DNA from: an uncultured SAR86 cluster bacterium
GTDB taxonomy: Bacteria; Pseudomonadota; Gammaproteobacteria; Magnimaribacterales; D2472
Reading direction: 5' to 3'
Assembly: GCA_902528875.1 (NCBI GenBank)
Contig: CABZTX010000004.1
Coordinates: 5,070-69,069 of the forward strand
DNA: 64,000 bases
Position numbers and translations under genes: made by a program. Numbering within the stretch: position 1 is the stretch's first letter; every line of letters begins with the position of its first letter. Shown here piece after piece: positions 1 through 12,935 of the stretch. A model generated the notes under the pieces. The model did not search any database, was not told the DNA's origin, and saw nothing but the letters and a program-made list of their open reading frames with translations.

Positions 1-247
1 TATGGCAATAATTTTAAGACATGAACTTGTTTTTGCAATAATGGCAGGTGTTTTTGTAATTGAAACACTCAGCGTTGCAATCCAAGTTATATCGTTTAAA
101 ACGAGGGGAAAGAGAGTATTCTTAATGGCACCAATTCATCATCATTATGAACTCAAAGGATATGCGGAACCTAAAATAATTGTACGCTTTTGGATAATAA
201 CCCTTGTTTTGATTCTTGTTGCTCTTGCTACGCTTAAATTACGATAA
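1..247 (+). CDS. mraY: phospho-N-acetylmuramoyl-pentapeptide transferase (3' part, truncated by window)
   Basis: C-terminal signature ETLSVAIQV...[25 protein letters not shown]; first gene of the dcw run. Confidence 0.96.
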   Translation, partial: MAIILRHELVFAIMAGVFVIETLSVAIQVISFKTRGKRVFLMAPIHHHYELKGYAEPKIIVRFWIITLVLILVALATLKLR

Positions 248-253
248 ATACTT

Positions 254-1282
254 ATGAAATCACTTATTTATGGTTATGGCGAGACCGGAAAATCTTTTGA
301 AAGATATTTAATTAAAAAAAAATTAAAATATGATATTTTTGATATAAATATTCCTGAACTTAATAAAAATTATAAACTCAAAAGTTATAATCAAATCTTA
401 TGTAGTCCTGGTATTCCAAAAGAAATATTTGAAAATTTAAAAAAAGCTAATAAGAATGTTTTAACTGACATAGATATTTTTTTTAAAGAAGACAATTCTA
501 TTAAAATTGGTATAACTGGCACTAATCGAAAAAGTACTACAGCATATCATTTGCATCAGTTGTTTAATATCTATAGTTCATCAAACCTTATTGGAAATAT
601 TGGAAACACAATGTTGGATAACATTAATAATAATAGAGACTACTCTGTGATTGAGTTATCAAGCTTTCAACTAGATAAAATGAAAAAAAATAATTTAGAT
701 TATGGGATTTTATTAAATATTGATATTGATCATCTGGATTATCACGGGGACTTTGAGTTATACAAACTTGCTAAAGAAAAAATCTTACAAGCAAAAAAAA
801 GTATTTCATTTGAAATGGATCCATATATATTATTTAATTGGATAACAAAATCAAAAGCTAAAGAAATTAAACTTAAGAATCTCCCTTATAGATTTGAGTC
901 TATTTCTAATAGAATCATTAATGACTCAAAATCTACTAATTCACACGCATTATTTTATGCCTTGAGGAAAGCAAACAAAATATTTGACTCAGACTACATC
1001 CTAATAGTTTGTGGAGATCCAAAAAAAGAGAAGTTCAGAGAGATATTTATTGATGGTCCAAACGAAGTTTTAATTTTTGGCAAACATTTAAATGAACTAA
1101 ACAAATGTATACAGAATAGTAATAAGCATTCATTTGAAACTCTTCAAGAATTACTTATTTTCATTAAAAATAAAAACAAACTACAAAATATTTTATTTTC
1201 CCCAGGATATCCCAGCGGAAAAGATTATAAAAATTTTATTGAGCGGGGTGAGGCCTTTGATTCCTTTGCAAAAAATATATAA
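254..1282 (+). CDS. murD: UDP-MurNAc-L-Ala:D-Glu ligase (shortened)
   Basis: SPGI, GITGTNRKSTT, VIELSSFQL, DHLDYH, INDSKSTN, LFSPG..S..F.ERGEAF motifs; lies between mraY and ftsW. Confidence 0.9.
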   Translation: MKSLIYGYGETGKSFERYLIKKKLKYDIFDINIPELNKNYKLKSYNQILCSPGIPKEIFENLKKANKNVLTDIDIFFKEDNSIKIGITGTNRKSTTAYHLHQLFNIYSSSNLIGNIGNTMLDNINNNRDYSVIELSSFQLDKMKKNNLDYGILLNIDIDHLDYHGDFELYKLAKEKILQAKKSISFEMDPYILFNWITKSKAKEIKLKNLPYRFESISNRIINDSKSTNSHALFYALRKANKIFDSDYILIVCGDPKKEKFREIFIDGPNEVLIFGKHLNELNKCIQNSNKHSFETLQELLIFIKNKNKLQNILFSPGYPSGKDYKNFIERGEAFDSFAKNI

Positions 1283-2392
1283 ATGAAAATATCTAAAAAC
1301 GATATTCTAATTATTTTTCCATTATGTTCTTTAATTATTTTTGGATTGATTATGGTTACTTCCTCTAGTATTTATATAGCGGAAGATATGACATCTAATC
1401 CTTTTTATTTCGCACAAAGACAATCATTTTTTTTGGCCATAGGAATAATTGTTTTGTTAGCATTTTTACTGATCCCATCTGAATATTTATTTAAAACTGA
1501 TTGGATATTTATGCTACTTAGTATTCTATTATTGATAGCCCTGTTTTTACCAGATATCGGTACAAGTGTTAATGGAAGTATTAGATGGATAAGAATTGGA
1601 CCAATCAACGTACAACCATCTGAAATTTGTAAACTCAGTTTAATTTTATATATCTCAGGATATTCTGTGAGAAGAATGTCAGAAATTAATTCTTTAAGAA
1701 GTTTTTTAAAACCATTAATTCTTTTATTTATTATTTCAGTATTAATTATGGGACAACCAGATCTTGGCTCTACTGCGATTATATGTATATTAGTTGTTGG
1801 AATTCTTTTTTATGCAGGAATCTCATTTTTTCAATTAATTTTACTCAGTTTGTTAATAGCACTATTAGGATATCTTGCAATATCAACATCACCAATGAGA
1901 CTTGCGAGAGTTCTAGCTTTTACTGATCCATTTGCTACTGATGTTGTTCAAAACGCTGGATGGCAACTTTCTAATTCTTTAATAAGCATTGGTCAAGGTG
2001 GCTGGCTGGGAGTTGGACTTGGAAATAGTTTTCAGAAGAGTTTTTTCTTGCCAGAAGCTCACACAGATTTCATCTTTGCGATTCTTATTGAAGAGCTTGG
2101 CATATTAGGAGGCTTAATTTTGATATCTTTATATGTAACTCTTTTTATTGGATTATTATCAATAGCATTCGATTCTTTTAAAAAGAGTAGGCCTTTTCAA
2201 GGCTACACGATTTTTGGTATTTTTCTTCTGTTAGTAATACAAGTTTTTTTTAATATTGCAGTAAATATAGGTTTATTACCCACTAAAGGTTTAACACTTC
2301 CGTTTATAAGTTATGGAGGCACAAGTATTATTATAATGTTATCTTTAATGGGCATTGTTCTAAGAATTAATAATGAAAATAAGTTACTTTAA
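1283..2392 (+). CDS. ftsW: SEDS family peptidoglycan polymerase FtsW
   Basis: Multi-TM; QPSEICK, QPDLGS, LPEAHTDFIF, LLPTKGLTLPFISYGGTS. Confidence 0.96.
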   Translation: MKISKNDILIIFPLCSLIIFGLIMVTSSSIYIAEDMTSNPFYFAQRQSFFLAIGIIVLLAFLLIPSEYLFKTDWIFMLLSILLLIALFLPDIGTSVNGSIRWIRIGPINVQPSEICKLSLILYISGYSVRRMSEINSLRSFLKPLILLFIISVLIMGQPDLGSTAIICILVVGILFYAGISFFQLILLSLLIALLGYLAISTSPMRLARVLAFTDPFATDVVQNAGWQLSNSLISIGQGGWLGVGLGNSFQKSFFLPEAHTDFIFAILIEELGILGGLILISLYVTLFIGLLSIAFDSFKKSRPFQGYTIFGIFLLLVIQVFFNIAVNIGLLPTKGLTLPFISYGGTSIIIMLSLMGIVLRINNENKLL

Positions 2393-2395
2393 AAA

Positions 2396-3436
2396 ATGAA
2401 ATTATTAATAGTAGCAGCTAAAACAGGTGGCCACATATATCCTGCAGTATCAGTAGCGAAAGAGCTAATTAAAAATAATCATAAATTAATTCTTCTTGGT
2501 ACAGGTAATTTTATTGAAAAGAATGCTTACAATGAATTAAATTCTAAGCTTTACTCTATACCGATGGAAGGTTTTAGAGGTTCTAGCTTTTTTAAAAAGC
2601 TGAAAGTTACTTTTCAGATATTTAAAAATATCTTTTATGTAATAAAAATAATTAATAAAGAAAAAATTGATGCAATGATTGGATTTGGAGGATTTATTAC
2701 TGTTCCTGCTGGCTTTGCTTGCTTTTTTAAAAGAGTACCTATCTATATTCATGAACAAAACGCAGTTATGGGATCTGCTAATAAATTACTTGCTAAAATT
2801 TCTAGAATAAACTTTCTTGGGTTTGATGGAATAAATCTTAAAAATTCAATTGCTTCTGGTAATCCTATAAGAGAAGAATATTCAAATAATAAAGATTATC
2901 AAGAAAATTCTAAGGAGATTAAAATCTATGTGACTGGCGGAAGTCAAGGAGCAAAATTTATTAATGAAGATATTCCAAAAGCATTAACGGAACTACCATT
3001 TAATTTAAAAATTAAACACCAGTGTGGGATGAATAATATTGAAATTGTTAATAAATTTTATAGCTCGCATAGACCAAACATTGAAATAGTTGAATTTTAT
3101 AATAATCCAGCTGAGCAAATATTATGGTCTGATTTTGTAATATCTAGAGGAGGAGCTCTTAGTTTGTCTGAAATTTCATCTATGAGGAGAGGCGCCCTAA
3201 TTGTCCCTTTACCAACATCAATAGATAATCATCAATTTAAAAATGCAAAAAGCATCGAAAAAATTGGCATGTGCGTTATACATGAACAAAAAGATGGACA
3301 AGGGGAATTAATAAATAAATTAAAAAGTATTTTAGACAATAAAATTTATGCTGAATGGAAAAAAATAGAAAATAAAAATCACCATCAAGCATCTAAAATA
3401 ATAGTCACAAATATAGAGAAAGATTTACAAATATGA
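2396..3436 (+). CDS. murG: lipid II GlcNAc transferase
   Basis: TGGHIYPA, GFGGF, HEQNAVMG, GNPIR, GGSQGA, RGGA, DNHQFKNA. Confidence 0.95.
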   Translation: MKLLIVAAKTGGHIYPAVSVAKELIKNNHKLILLGTGNFIEKNAYNELNSKLYSIPMEGFRGSSFFKKLKVTFQIFKNIFYVIKIINKEKIDAMIGFGGFITVPAGFACFFKRVPIYIHEQNAVMGSANKLLAKISRINFLGFDGINLKNSIASGNPIREEYSNNKDYQENSKEIKIYVTGGSQGAKFINEDIPKALTELPFNLKIKHQCGMNNIEIVNKFYSSHRPNIEIVEFYNNPAEQILWSDFVISRGGALSLSEISSMRRGALIVPLPTSIDNHQFKNAKSIEKIGMCVIHEQKDGQGELINKLKSILDNKIYAEWKKIENKNHHQASKIIVTNIEKDLQI

Positions 3437-4827
3437 AACCTTTCAAGAAAGTAAAGAAGATTCATTTTATAGGAATTGGTGGGGCTGGAATGATTGGAAT
3501 AGCAAAAGTTTTATTGCAAAAAGGCTACAAAATTTCAGGCTCAGATATCTTGGACTCAGTCGACCTTAAAAAGCTAAGAAAAGATGGAGCAAAAGTTTTT
3601 ATTGGTCATTCAAAGAAAAATATTAAAGGCACAAATCTAGTTGTAATTTCTTCAGCAATAGATAAAAAAAATCCGGAACTTATTCAGGCCAAGAATGAAT
3701 CAATAACAATAATACCAAGAGCGGAAATGCTCGGAAGTATTATGATTGGTTATGAAAGTATTGCTGTTGCAGGCAGTCACGGTAAAACTTCAACAACTAG
3801 TATGATTGCAAAAATTATAAGCATGGCAAATTTAAGCCCAACATATGTTGTTGGTGGTAAGGTATTAAGTTCTGACAAAAACTCTCATCTTGGAGATGGT
3901 AAATATATTGTTGTTGAGGCTGATGAAAGTGATGGAACATTCACGCATCTTCAGCCCGACGTTGCTGTTATTACAAATATCAATGACGATCATTTGGTTC
4001 ATTATGATAATAGTTTTGAAAAACTTTTAGATTCATTTGTGATGTTTGCTGAAAATGTTCCCTTTTACGGTTATATGGTTATTAATGGAGATGATAAAAA
4101 TGTAAAAAAAATCTCAAAAAGAATTTCAAGAACTCAAATTACTTTTGGGGAATCTAAAAATAATAACTATAGGATTAATAACATTAATTCAAAAAAAGGA
4201 AAACAACATTTTGAAATTTTTGATAAAAGAAATAAAAAGTCTCATAAGTTTATTATTAACTTACCAGGTAAACATAATGTCTTTAATGCTGCAGCATCAA
4301 TTAGTGTTGGACTGGAAGAAGGAATACCAATTAATGCTATTAAAAAAGGGATAAGAGAATACTCAGGTGTTGGAAGAAGGTATGAAAAACACTTAATTAA
4401 AATTGAATCTAAACAAATAATTCTAATTGATGATTATGGTCATCATCCTCTTGAAATTCAGTCAAATATAAATGCGTACAGGGAGGAGTTTCCAAACAAA
4501 AAAGTATGTATGATTTTTCAGCCTCACAGATTTTCAAGAACTGCACAATTTTTTGAAGACTTTATAAATACTCTTAAAAGAACAGACTTGTTAATATTAT
4601 TAGACATTTACCCTGCTAGTGAAAAACCCATCAAAGGAATTAACTCTAAGATTATTGAAGAAACACTCAAACAAAATGGACACAAAGATATAACTTATGT
4701 AAAAAATCATAATGATATTCATAATATAATTCTCAAGAAAAAAGATGCATTTGATATATTAGTTACGCAAGGTGCGGGAAGTATTTCAAATGTATGCGAA
4801 TCTTTAAAGAATAAATGGATAAGCTGA
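3433..4827 (+). CDS. murC: UDP-MurNAc:L-Ala ligase
   Basis: HFIGIGGAGM, AGSHGKTSTT, EADESD, DDYGHHP, FQPHRFSRT. Confidence 0.97.
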   Translation: MKPFKKVKKIHFIGIGGAGMIGIAKVLLQKGYKISGSDILDSVDLKKLRKDGAKVFIGHSKKNIKGTNLVVISSAIDKKNPELIQAKNESITIIPRAEMLGSIMIGYESIAVAGSHGKTSTTSMIAKIISMANLSPTYVVGGKVLSSDKNSHLGDGKYIVVEADESDGTFTHLQPDVAVITNINDDHLVHYDNSFEKLLDSFVMFAENVPFYGYMVINGDDKNVKKISKRISRTQITFGESKNNNYRINNINSKKGKQHFEIFDKRNKKSHKFIINLPGKHNVFNAAASISVGLEEGIPINAIKKGIREYSGVGRRYEKHLIKIESKQIILIDDYGHHPLEIQSNINAYREEFPNKKVCMIFQPHRFSRTAQFFEDFINTLKRTDLLILLDIYPASEKPIKGINSKIIEETLKQNGHKDITYVKNHNDIHNIILKKKDAFDILVTQGAGSISNVCESLKNKWIS

Positions 4828-5783
4828 ATAAAATTGCTGTGTTGTATGGCGGAACTTCATTAGAAAGAGATATATCTATCAAAAGTGGAGAAGCAGTATA
4901 TCGATCTATATTGGATTTAGGTTATAAATCAAATTTGATTGACTTCAAAGAACTCAGTTCTGTACATATTCTAAAAAAATATGATTTCATTTTTATAGCT
5001 CTTCATGGCTTTGAAGGTGAAGGAGGAGAATTACAAAGAAAATTAGATGATCTAAATATTCCATATTCGGGTTCTTCCTGTGAGGCTTGTTTTAATACAT
5101 GGAACAAAGCACTAACAAAAGAAATTTTAAGAGAAAAAAATTTAAAAACCCCTAACTGGAAACTGATCGAAGATAATCATAAATTAGAAAGCCTTGATGA
5201 AGACTCTAATTTGCTGCCATTTAAAGAAAATAAAGACAAAGAATTTTCAAGCACTCTCATTAATACATTTGGAAAAAATGGGTCATTATTTTTGAAACCA
5301 ATTACTGATGGGTCTAGTTTTGATATCTATAAAGTTTCTAATAACAAACAATTTTTAGAGTCTATAAAAGGCTCAAGCGATCCCAATAGAACATTTATGA
5401 TTGAGGAAGCTATTGAGGGAAGAGAATTTACTATGACCATAGTTGATGAAAAATGCTACCCTCCAATTGAAATAATCACAAAAAATCAATTTTATGATTA
5501 TGATGCAAAGTATTTGTCCAATGAGACGCGTCTCGAAAAAGCACTATTAAGTAATGAAGAAATGAAAAAAATAATGAAAATATCTCTTTCTGCCTTCAAA
5601 GCCTTAAATTGCAAAGCATGGGGAAGAGTAGATCTTATGCAAAATACAAATGGTGAATTTTACATCATAGAAATCAATACGGTCCCAGGCATGACAAATC
5701 ATAGTTGTGTTCCTAGATCGGGTCAATTTTTAGGTCTGTCATTTAATGATGTAGTCAAAAAGATTATAAATGCATCTCTATAA
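4815..5783 (+). CDS. ddl: D-alanine--D-alanine ligase
   Basis: VLYGGTSLERDISIKSG, ALHG, GSS, FYDYDAKY, GRVD, EINTVPGMT. Confidence 0.96.
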   Translation: MDKLNKIAVLYGGTSLERDISIKSGEAVYRSILDLGYKSNLIDFKELSSVHILKKYDFIFIALHGFEGEGGELQRKLDDLNIPYSGSSCEACFNTWNKALTKEILREKNLKTPNWKLIEDNHKLESLDEDSNLLPFKENKDKEFSSTLINTFGKNGSLFLKPITDGSSFDIYKVSNNKQFLESIKGSSDPNRTFMIEEAIEGREFTMTIVDEKCYPPIEIITKNQFYDYDAKYLSNETRLEKALLSNEEMKKIMKISLSAFKALNCKAWGRVDLMQNTNGEFYIIEINTVPGMTNHSCVPRSGQFLGLSFNDVVKKIINASL

Positions 5784-6384
5784 AATATTATTATTAATTA
5801 TTTGTACCACGAATCTTTTTGCTAAATATACAATAAATATTAATTTTGAATCTGGATTTAAATACAAATCTCAGGACAATTTTATTTTAAAACTTGAAAA
5901 TATAAATTCTAAACATGACATAGAGCAGATAATTAAAGATCAAGATTGGATTAAGGATTACATAATAACGCACAAACCTTTTTCAAAAGTAATTTTTTTA
6001 ACAATCAAAAATAGAGAACCTATTTTTGTTCTTAATAATGACTTTTTCTATGATGAGGACTTAAGAAAATTTAAATTTTATAAGACTTACCAAAAATTAA
6101 TTACAGCAAATGGACCAATTCAAAATATTGAAGACATTCAAAAGATAATTAATGAGGTGAAATTTAGTAAATTTAATTTTGATACTTTTACAATAAACTA
6201 TAATTATGTAAATGGATGGGATGTTAAAACAGACATATTTTTAATTAGGTTTGGAAAAGACCTTTCAAAGAATAAATTTAAAAAGTTTCAAGATACTTCA
6301 AATTATTTGTACGAGAATACTAAAATACCTAGTATTATAGATATGAGGTATAAAGATGGAGTCGCTATAAATTATGGCAAGTAA
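5770..6384 (+). CDS. ftsQ: cell division protein FtsQ (short, divergent)
   Basis: Between ddl and ftsA; POTRA-like 'DWIK...' segment and C-terminal IDMRYKDGVAI motif. Confidence 0.8.
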   Translation: MHLYKILLLIICTTNLFAKYTININFESGFKYKSQDNFILKLENINSKHDIEQIIKDQDWIKDYIITHKPFSKVIFLTIKNREPIFVLNNDFFYDEDLRKFKFYKTYQKLITANGPIQNIEDIQKIINEVKFSKFNFDTFTINYNYVNGWDVKTDIFLIRFGKDLSKNKFKKFQDTSNYLYENTKIPSIIDMRYKDGVAINYGK

Positions 6385-7597
6385 AACTAAAAGTTCTAAT
6401 ATTGTTGTTGGCTTAGATATTGGTACTTCTAAAGTCGTATGTATTGTAGGTAGGTTTGTTGAAGATAAGTTAGAAATAATCGCACTGGGAGCATATCCAT
6501 CAAGTGGTTTAAAAAAAGGTGTTGTAGTTAATATAGATGCTACGACTGATGCAATAAGCAAAGCAGTAGAACAAGCTCAGTCTATGATTGAAGAAAAAAT
6601 AAAATCTGTATTTGTTGGTATTGCAGGGAATCATATTAAAAGTTTAAATTCACAAGGTGCAGTTGGCATAAAAGATAAAGAAGTAACATCTTTTGATATC
6701 GACAGAGTAGTAGATTCTGCGCAAGCAGTATCTATTCCATCGGATCAAAGAGTTCTTCACGTATTGCCTCAAGAGTTTGTAATTGATGGACAAGAAGTTA
6801 GTTTAGATCCTTTAGGTATGTCTGGGGTTAGGCTTGAAGCAAAAGTTCACTTAGTTACTTGTTCTAACAGTGCAATAAAAAATATAGAAAAATGTATCAA
6901 AAATTGTGGACTAGGAGTTCAAGGTTTTGTATTAGAACAATTAGCAAGCTCCCATTCGATTTTATCTGATGATGAAAAAGATTTAGGTATTTGTTTGGTT
7001 GATATTGGTGGAGGTACTACTGATATTGCAATCTTTAATTCTGGTTCAATTGTATTTACTGGCGTTATTCCAATTGCTGGTGATCAAGTAACGAGTGATA
7101 TTGCTCAAGCCTTGAGGACTCCAACACCTCAGGCAGAAGATATAAAACAAAAAAATGGTTGCGCTGTAACTGAATTTACAAAAGATGATGAAACAGTAGA
7201 AGTTCTTGCTGTTGGTGGAAGACCACCTAGAGAATTATCTAGAAGTTCTTTAGCAGATATTATACAACCGAGATATTCTGAGCTGTTCGAGCTTATTAAA
7301 GCTGAAATAGTAAGAAATGGATTTGAAGATAATATTTCTGCAGGCCTTGTATTTACTGGAGGTACATCCAAAATGGAGGGTGTTGTTGAATTAGCTGAAT
7401 CAATTTTTCAAACTTCTGTAAGACTAGGAATTCCAACAAAATTTAAAGGCATGGAAACAATTCTTCAGAATCCGATATATTCAACATCAATAGGTCTTAT
7501 TGAACATGGTTTTAAACAAATTAATAATCAAATGTTAGCTGAAGAAAAACAAGGGTTCTTTTCAAAGATTTTGAGGGTTGTCAAAAACGAGTATTGA
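6374..7597 (+). CDS. ftsA: cell division protein FtsA
   Basis: GLDIGTSKV, GLKKGVVVNI, VDIGGGTTD, VFTGG; C-terminal amphipathic helix GFFSKILRVV. Confidence 0.97.
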   Translation: MASKTKSSNIVVGLDIGTSKVVCIVGRFVEDKLEIIALGAYPSSGLKKGVVVNIDATTDAISKAVEQAQSMIEEKIKSVFVGIAGNHIKSLNSQGAVGIKDKEVTSFDIDRVVDSAQAVSIPSDQRVLHVLPQEFVIDGQEVSLDPLGMSGVRLEAKVHLVTCSNSAIKNIEKCIKNCGLGVQGFVLEQLASSHSILSDDEKDLGICLVDIGGGTTDIAIFNSGSIVFTGVIPIAGDQVTSDIAQALRTPTPQAEDIKQKNGCAVTEFTKDDETVEVLAVGGRPPRELSRSSLADIIQPRYSELFELIKAEIVRNGFEDNISAGLVFTGGTSKMEGVVELAESIFQTSVRLGIPTKFKGMETILQNPIYSTSIGLIEHGFKQINNQMLAEEKQGFFSKILRVVKNEY

Positions 7598-7627
7598 TTA
7601 TCAAAATGTAATCAATTAGAATGCATC

Positions 7628-7671
7628 TTCCTTGGTTTTTATATTAAGTAAAAATCTTTAACCATAGGGAA
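7628..7671 (+). promoter_or_regulatory. rpsF leader hairpin, candidate S6:S18 autoregulatory element
   Basis: TTCCTTGGTT (7628-7637) pairs with AACCATAGGGAA (7660-7671), which contains the SD-like AGGGA; TAGAAT -10 just upstream (7617-7622). Confidence 0.45.
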
Positions 7672-7674
7672 ATA

Positions 7675-8169
7675 ATGAGAAAATACGAAGCGATTATAAT
7701 ATTAAATCCTAACCTTTCTTCAAGGGTTAATGACTTCCATAAAGACTTCGAAAAACTACTAAAGGACAACTCTTTTAATATATTAAAAACAGAAGATATT
7801 GGAAGAAGGCAGTTAGCATATTCTATTAACAATCACAATAAAGGCCATTATCTGATTTTTAATCTTGAAGGTGACTCTTTAAAGCTTAGTGAGGTTGAAA
7901 ATAAAATTAAATATAACGAGACTATAATCAGATATTTATTTATTTCCGTTAAAGAGCATTCAGGTCAAGATTCTCAATTATTAATAGATTTAAAAAATAA
8001 AAATAACGATTCTGAGTCACAGGAAAATTTAGATAAAAAAGTTCAAGAAAAAGTTAATATTAAATCTGATGAATCTTCAGTTAAAGAAAATGAGGCTTCA
8101 CAAGCTAAGGAGAATTCTGAAGAAAACTCTTCAGATCATAATAATGAAACTGAGCAGGATGATGAATAA
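7675..8169 (+). CDS. rpsF: 30S ribosomal protein S6 with long acidic tail
   Basis: [28 protein letters not shown]; synteny with rpsR-rplI. Confidence 0.95.
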   Translation: MRKYEAIIILNPNLSSRVNDFHKDFEKLLKDNSFNILKTEDIGRRQLAYSINNHNKGHYLIFNLEGDSLKLSEVENKIKYNETIIRYLFISVKEHSGQDSQLLIDLKNKNNDSESQENLDKKVQEKVNIKSDESSVKENEASQAKENSEENSSDHNNETEQDDE

Positions 8170-8356
8170 ATATAAGATTCCTAAAAAATTTAGCTACAAG
8201 GATATTGATTTTTTAAAACAATTTATTACTGAAACAGGCAAAATTATTCCTGCCAGGGTAACAGGTATCTCAGCCTCAAACCAGAGAAAAATAACTAAAA
8301 GTATTAAAATCGCTAGATTTTTAGCATTAATCCCATACACAGATATGCATAAGTAA
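8159..8356 (+). CDS. rpsR: 30S ribosomal protein S18 (start ATG 8159 or 8162)
   Basis: [24 protein letters not shown]...[14 protein letters not shown]. Confidence 0.95.
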   Translation: MMNKYKIPKKFSYKDIDFLKQFITETGKIIPARVTGISASNQRKITKSIKIARFLALIPYTDMHK

Positions 8357-8802
8357 TGAAAATAATTTTATTAGACAAAATTCAAAGATTAGGCAATATA
8401 GGTGATATTGTTGATGTAAATTCAGGATATGCAAGAAATTTTTTGATTCCACAAAAGAAGGCTGCTTTTGCCAGTGAAAAAAATATTGCTGAAGTTGAGG
8501 CCAAAAAAGACGAACTTGCAGCATTGTCTGAAGATGCTTTAGTCAAAGCTCAAGAAAGATCTAAAGATCTTGAAGGCGCATCCTGTGAAATAATCGTTCC
8601 TGTAACGGAAGAGGGAGCTTTATATGGATCTGTAGGTACAAGAGAAATTTCTGAAGCTTTTCTTGATAAACAAATCCACATTGATAAAAGTGAAGTTCAA
8701 TTACCAGATGGTCCAATTAAGGAAACTGGTGATCATAATATAATTTTAAATATACACCCTGAGGTCAATGTAGAAATTATTGTAAAAGTATTGCCCGAGT
8801 AG
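8356..8802 (+). CDS. rplI: 50S ribosomal protein L9
   Basis: LGNIGDIVDVNSGYARNFLIP, GALYGSV, IHPEV. Confidence 0.97.
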   Translation: MKIILLDKIQRLGNIGDIVDVNSGYARNFLIPQKKAAFASEKNIAEVEAKKDELAALSEDALVKAQERSKDLEGASCEIIVPVTEEGALYGSVGTREISEAFLDKQIHIDKSEVQLPDGPIKETGDHNIILNIHPEVNVEIIVKVLPE

Positions 8803-8840
8803 TTGTATATTTTGACATATGATGCAAAAATCATAATCCA

Positions 8841-10207
8841 ATGTCAGATTTAAATATTAATCAAAACGAACAAGCTAGGGAAGCTGAAAAAGCTGTTCTC
8901 GGTGGCTTGATGCTTGAAACTCAAAGATTTGATACTGTAATACAAGTTATCAAAGAAAATGATTTTGATGGTAAAGATCATCAAATAATCTTTCAATCAA
9001 TGTCTGAGCTTATTGAGGAAAATAAACCTTTAGATCCGTTAACTGTTTCAGAAAAGCTTACGAACAAAAATTCGTTAAATAAAGTAGGTGGCAAAGAATA
9101 TTTAATTGAGTTAGCGACTTCGACTCCCACTGCAGCGAACTTAGAGGCATATGCTGAAATTATTAGGCAAAGATCTATAACTAGGAAGCTTATGAGAGCA
9201 AATGCAGATATATCAGAATTGATATCAAATCCTCAAGGACAAGATGGAGCTTCCTTGCTTGATAAGGCAGAAAGTATGATTTTTGCTCTAAACGATGAAA
9301 CCAATCAGAACGATCAAAGTATTCAATCCATGAAAGATCTAATACCATCTACAATGGATAGACTTCATGAATTATCAAACAAATCTGGTGGACTTATAGG
9401 CTCTTCAACTGGTTTTAAAGATTTGGATAAAAAATTGCAAGGAATCCAAGATGGCGATCTTATTATAGTTGCTGGAAGACCAAGTATGGGGAAAACATCA
9501 CTTGCTATGAATATTGCTGAAAATGTATTGTTTGATGATGATACTAAAGGGTCAGTTTTAATATTCAGTCTAGAGATGCCAGCTGAATCACTAACAACTA
9601 GGTTGCTCTCTGGAATGAGTAGATTAGATCAGCAAAATGTTAGATCAGGTATGTTGAAAGATGACGAGTTGAGACTATTATTAAAACAAAGTGACAATCT
9701 AAAAAATAAACCTTTATGGATTGACGATAGTTCAATTATTTCTCCAATGGAATTAAGAGCTAAAGCCAGAAGGCTAGCAAGAACTGAAGAAAATGGATTG
9801 TCTTTAATAGTTGTTGACTATTTGCAGTTGATGCAACTTCCATTGTCTACAGAAAATAGAGTTAATCAAATATCTGAAATTTCCAGATCATTAAAGTCTC
9901 TTGCAAAAGAGTTAAGTGTGCCCGTCGTTGCACTTTCACAATTAAATAGGGCTGTTGAGCAAAGACCAAACAAAAGGCCAATAATGGCAGATTTAAGAGA
10001 TTCTGGTGCAATTGAGCAGGATGCTGACGTAATATTATTTATATATCGAGATGAGGTCTACAATGAAGACTCCGAACAAGGAAATAAAGCAGAGATTATA
10101 ATTGGTAAACAAAGAAATGGACCAATAGGAACTGTTAATCTAACTTTCTTAAAAGAACTTACAAGATTTGAAAATTTCTCAAGTGACAGTTTCTACGATA
10201 CTTTCGA

Positions 10208-10211
<4 letters not shown>
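8841..10211 (+). CDS. dnaB: replicative DNA helicase
   Basis: AGRPSMGKTS, FSLEM, VDYLQLM, LSQLNR, DLRDSGAIEQDAD, KQRNGP. Confidence 0.98.
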
Positions 10212-12927
<2,716 letters not shown>

Positions 12928-12935
12928 TAAGTAAG

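Noticed and set aside
8069-8158. Upstream extensions in the ORF track (rpsR 8069; likewise ispDF 15294, iaaA 37775, bamB 50175, sdhD 53237, fdxA 19267)
   Set aside because: They run into the upstream gene or spacer and precede the family-typical N-terminus; downstream ATGs were chosen
8812-8837. TTGACA ... CATAAT upstream of dnaB
   Set aside because: The spacer is only 14 nt and the -10 lies 3 nt from the ATG; the geometry does not fit a sigma70 promoter
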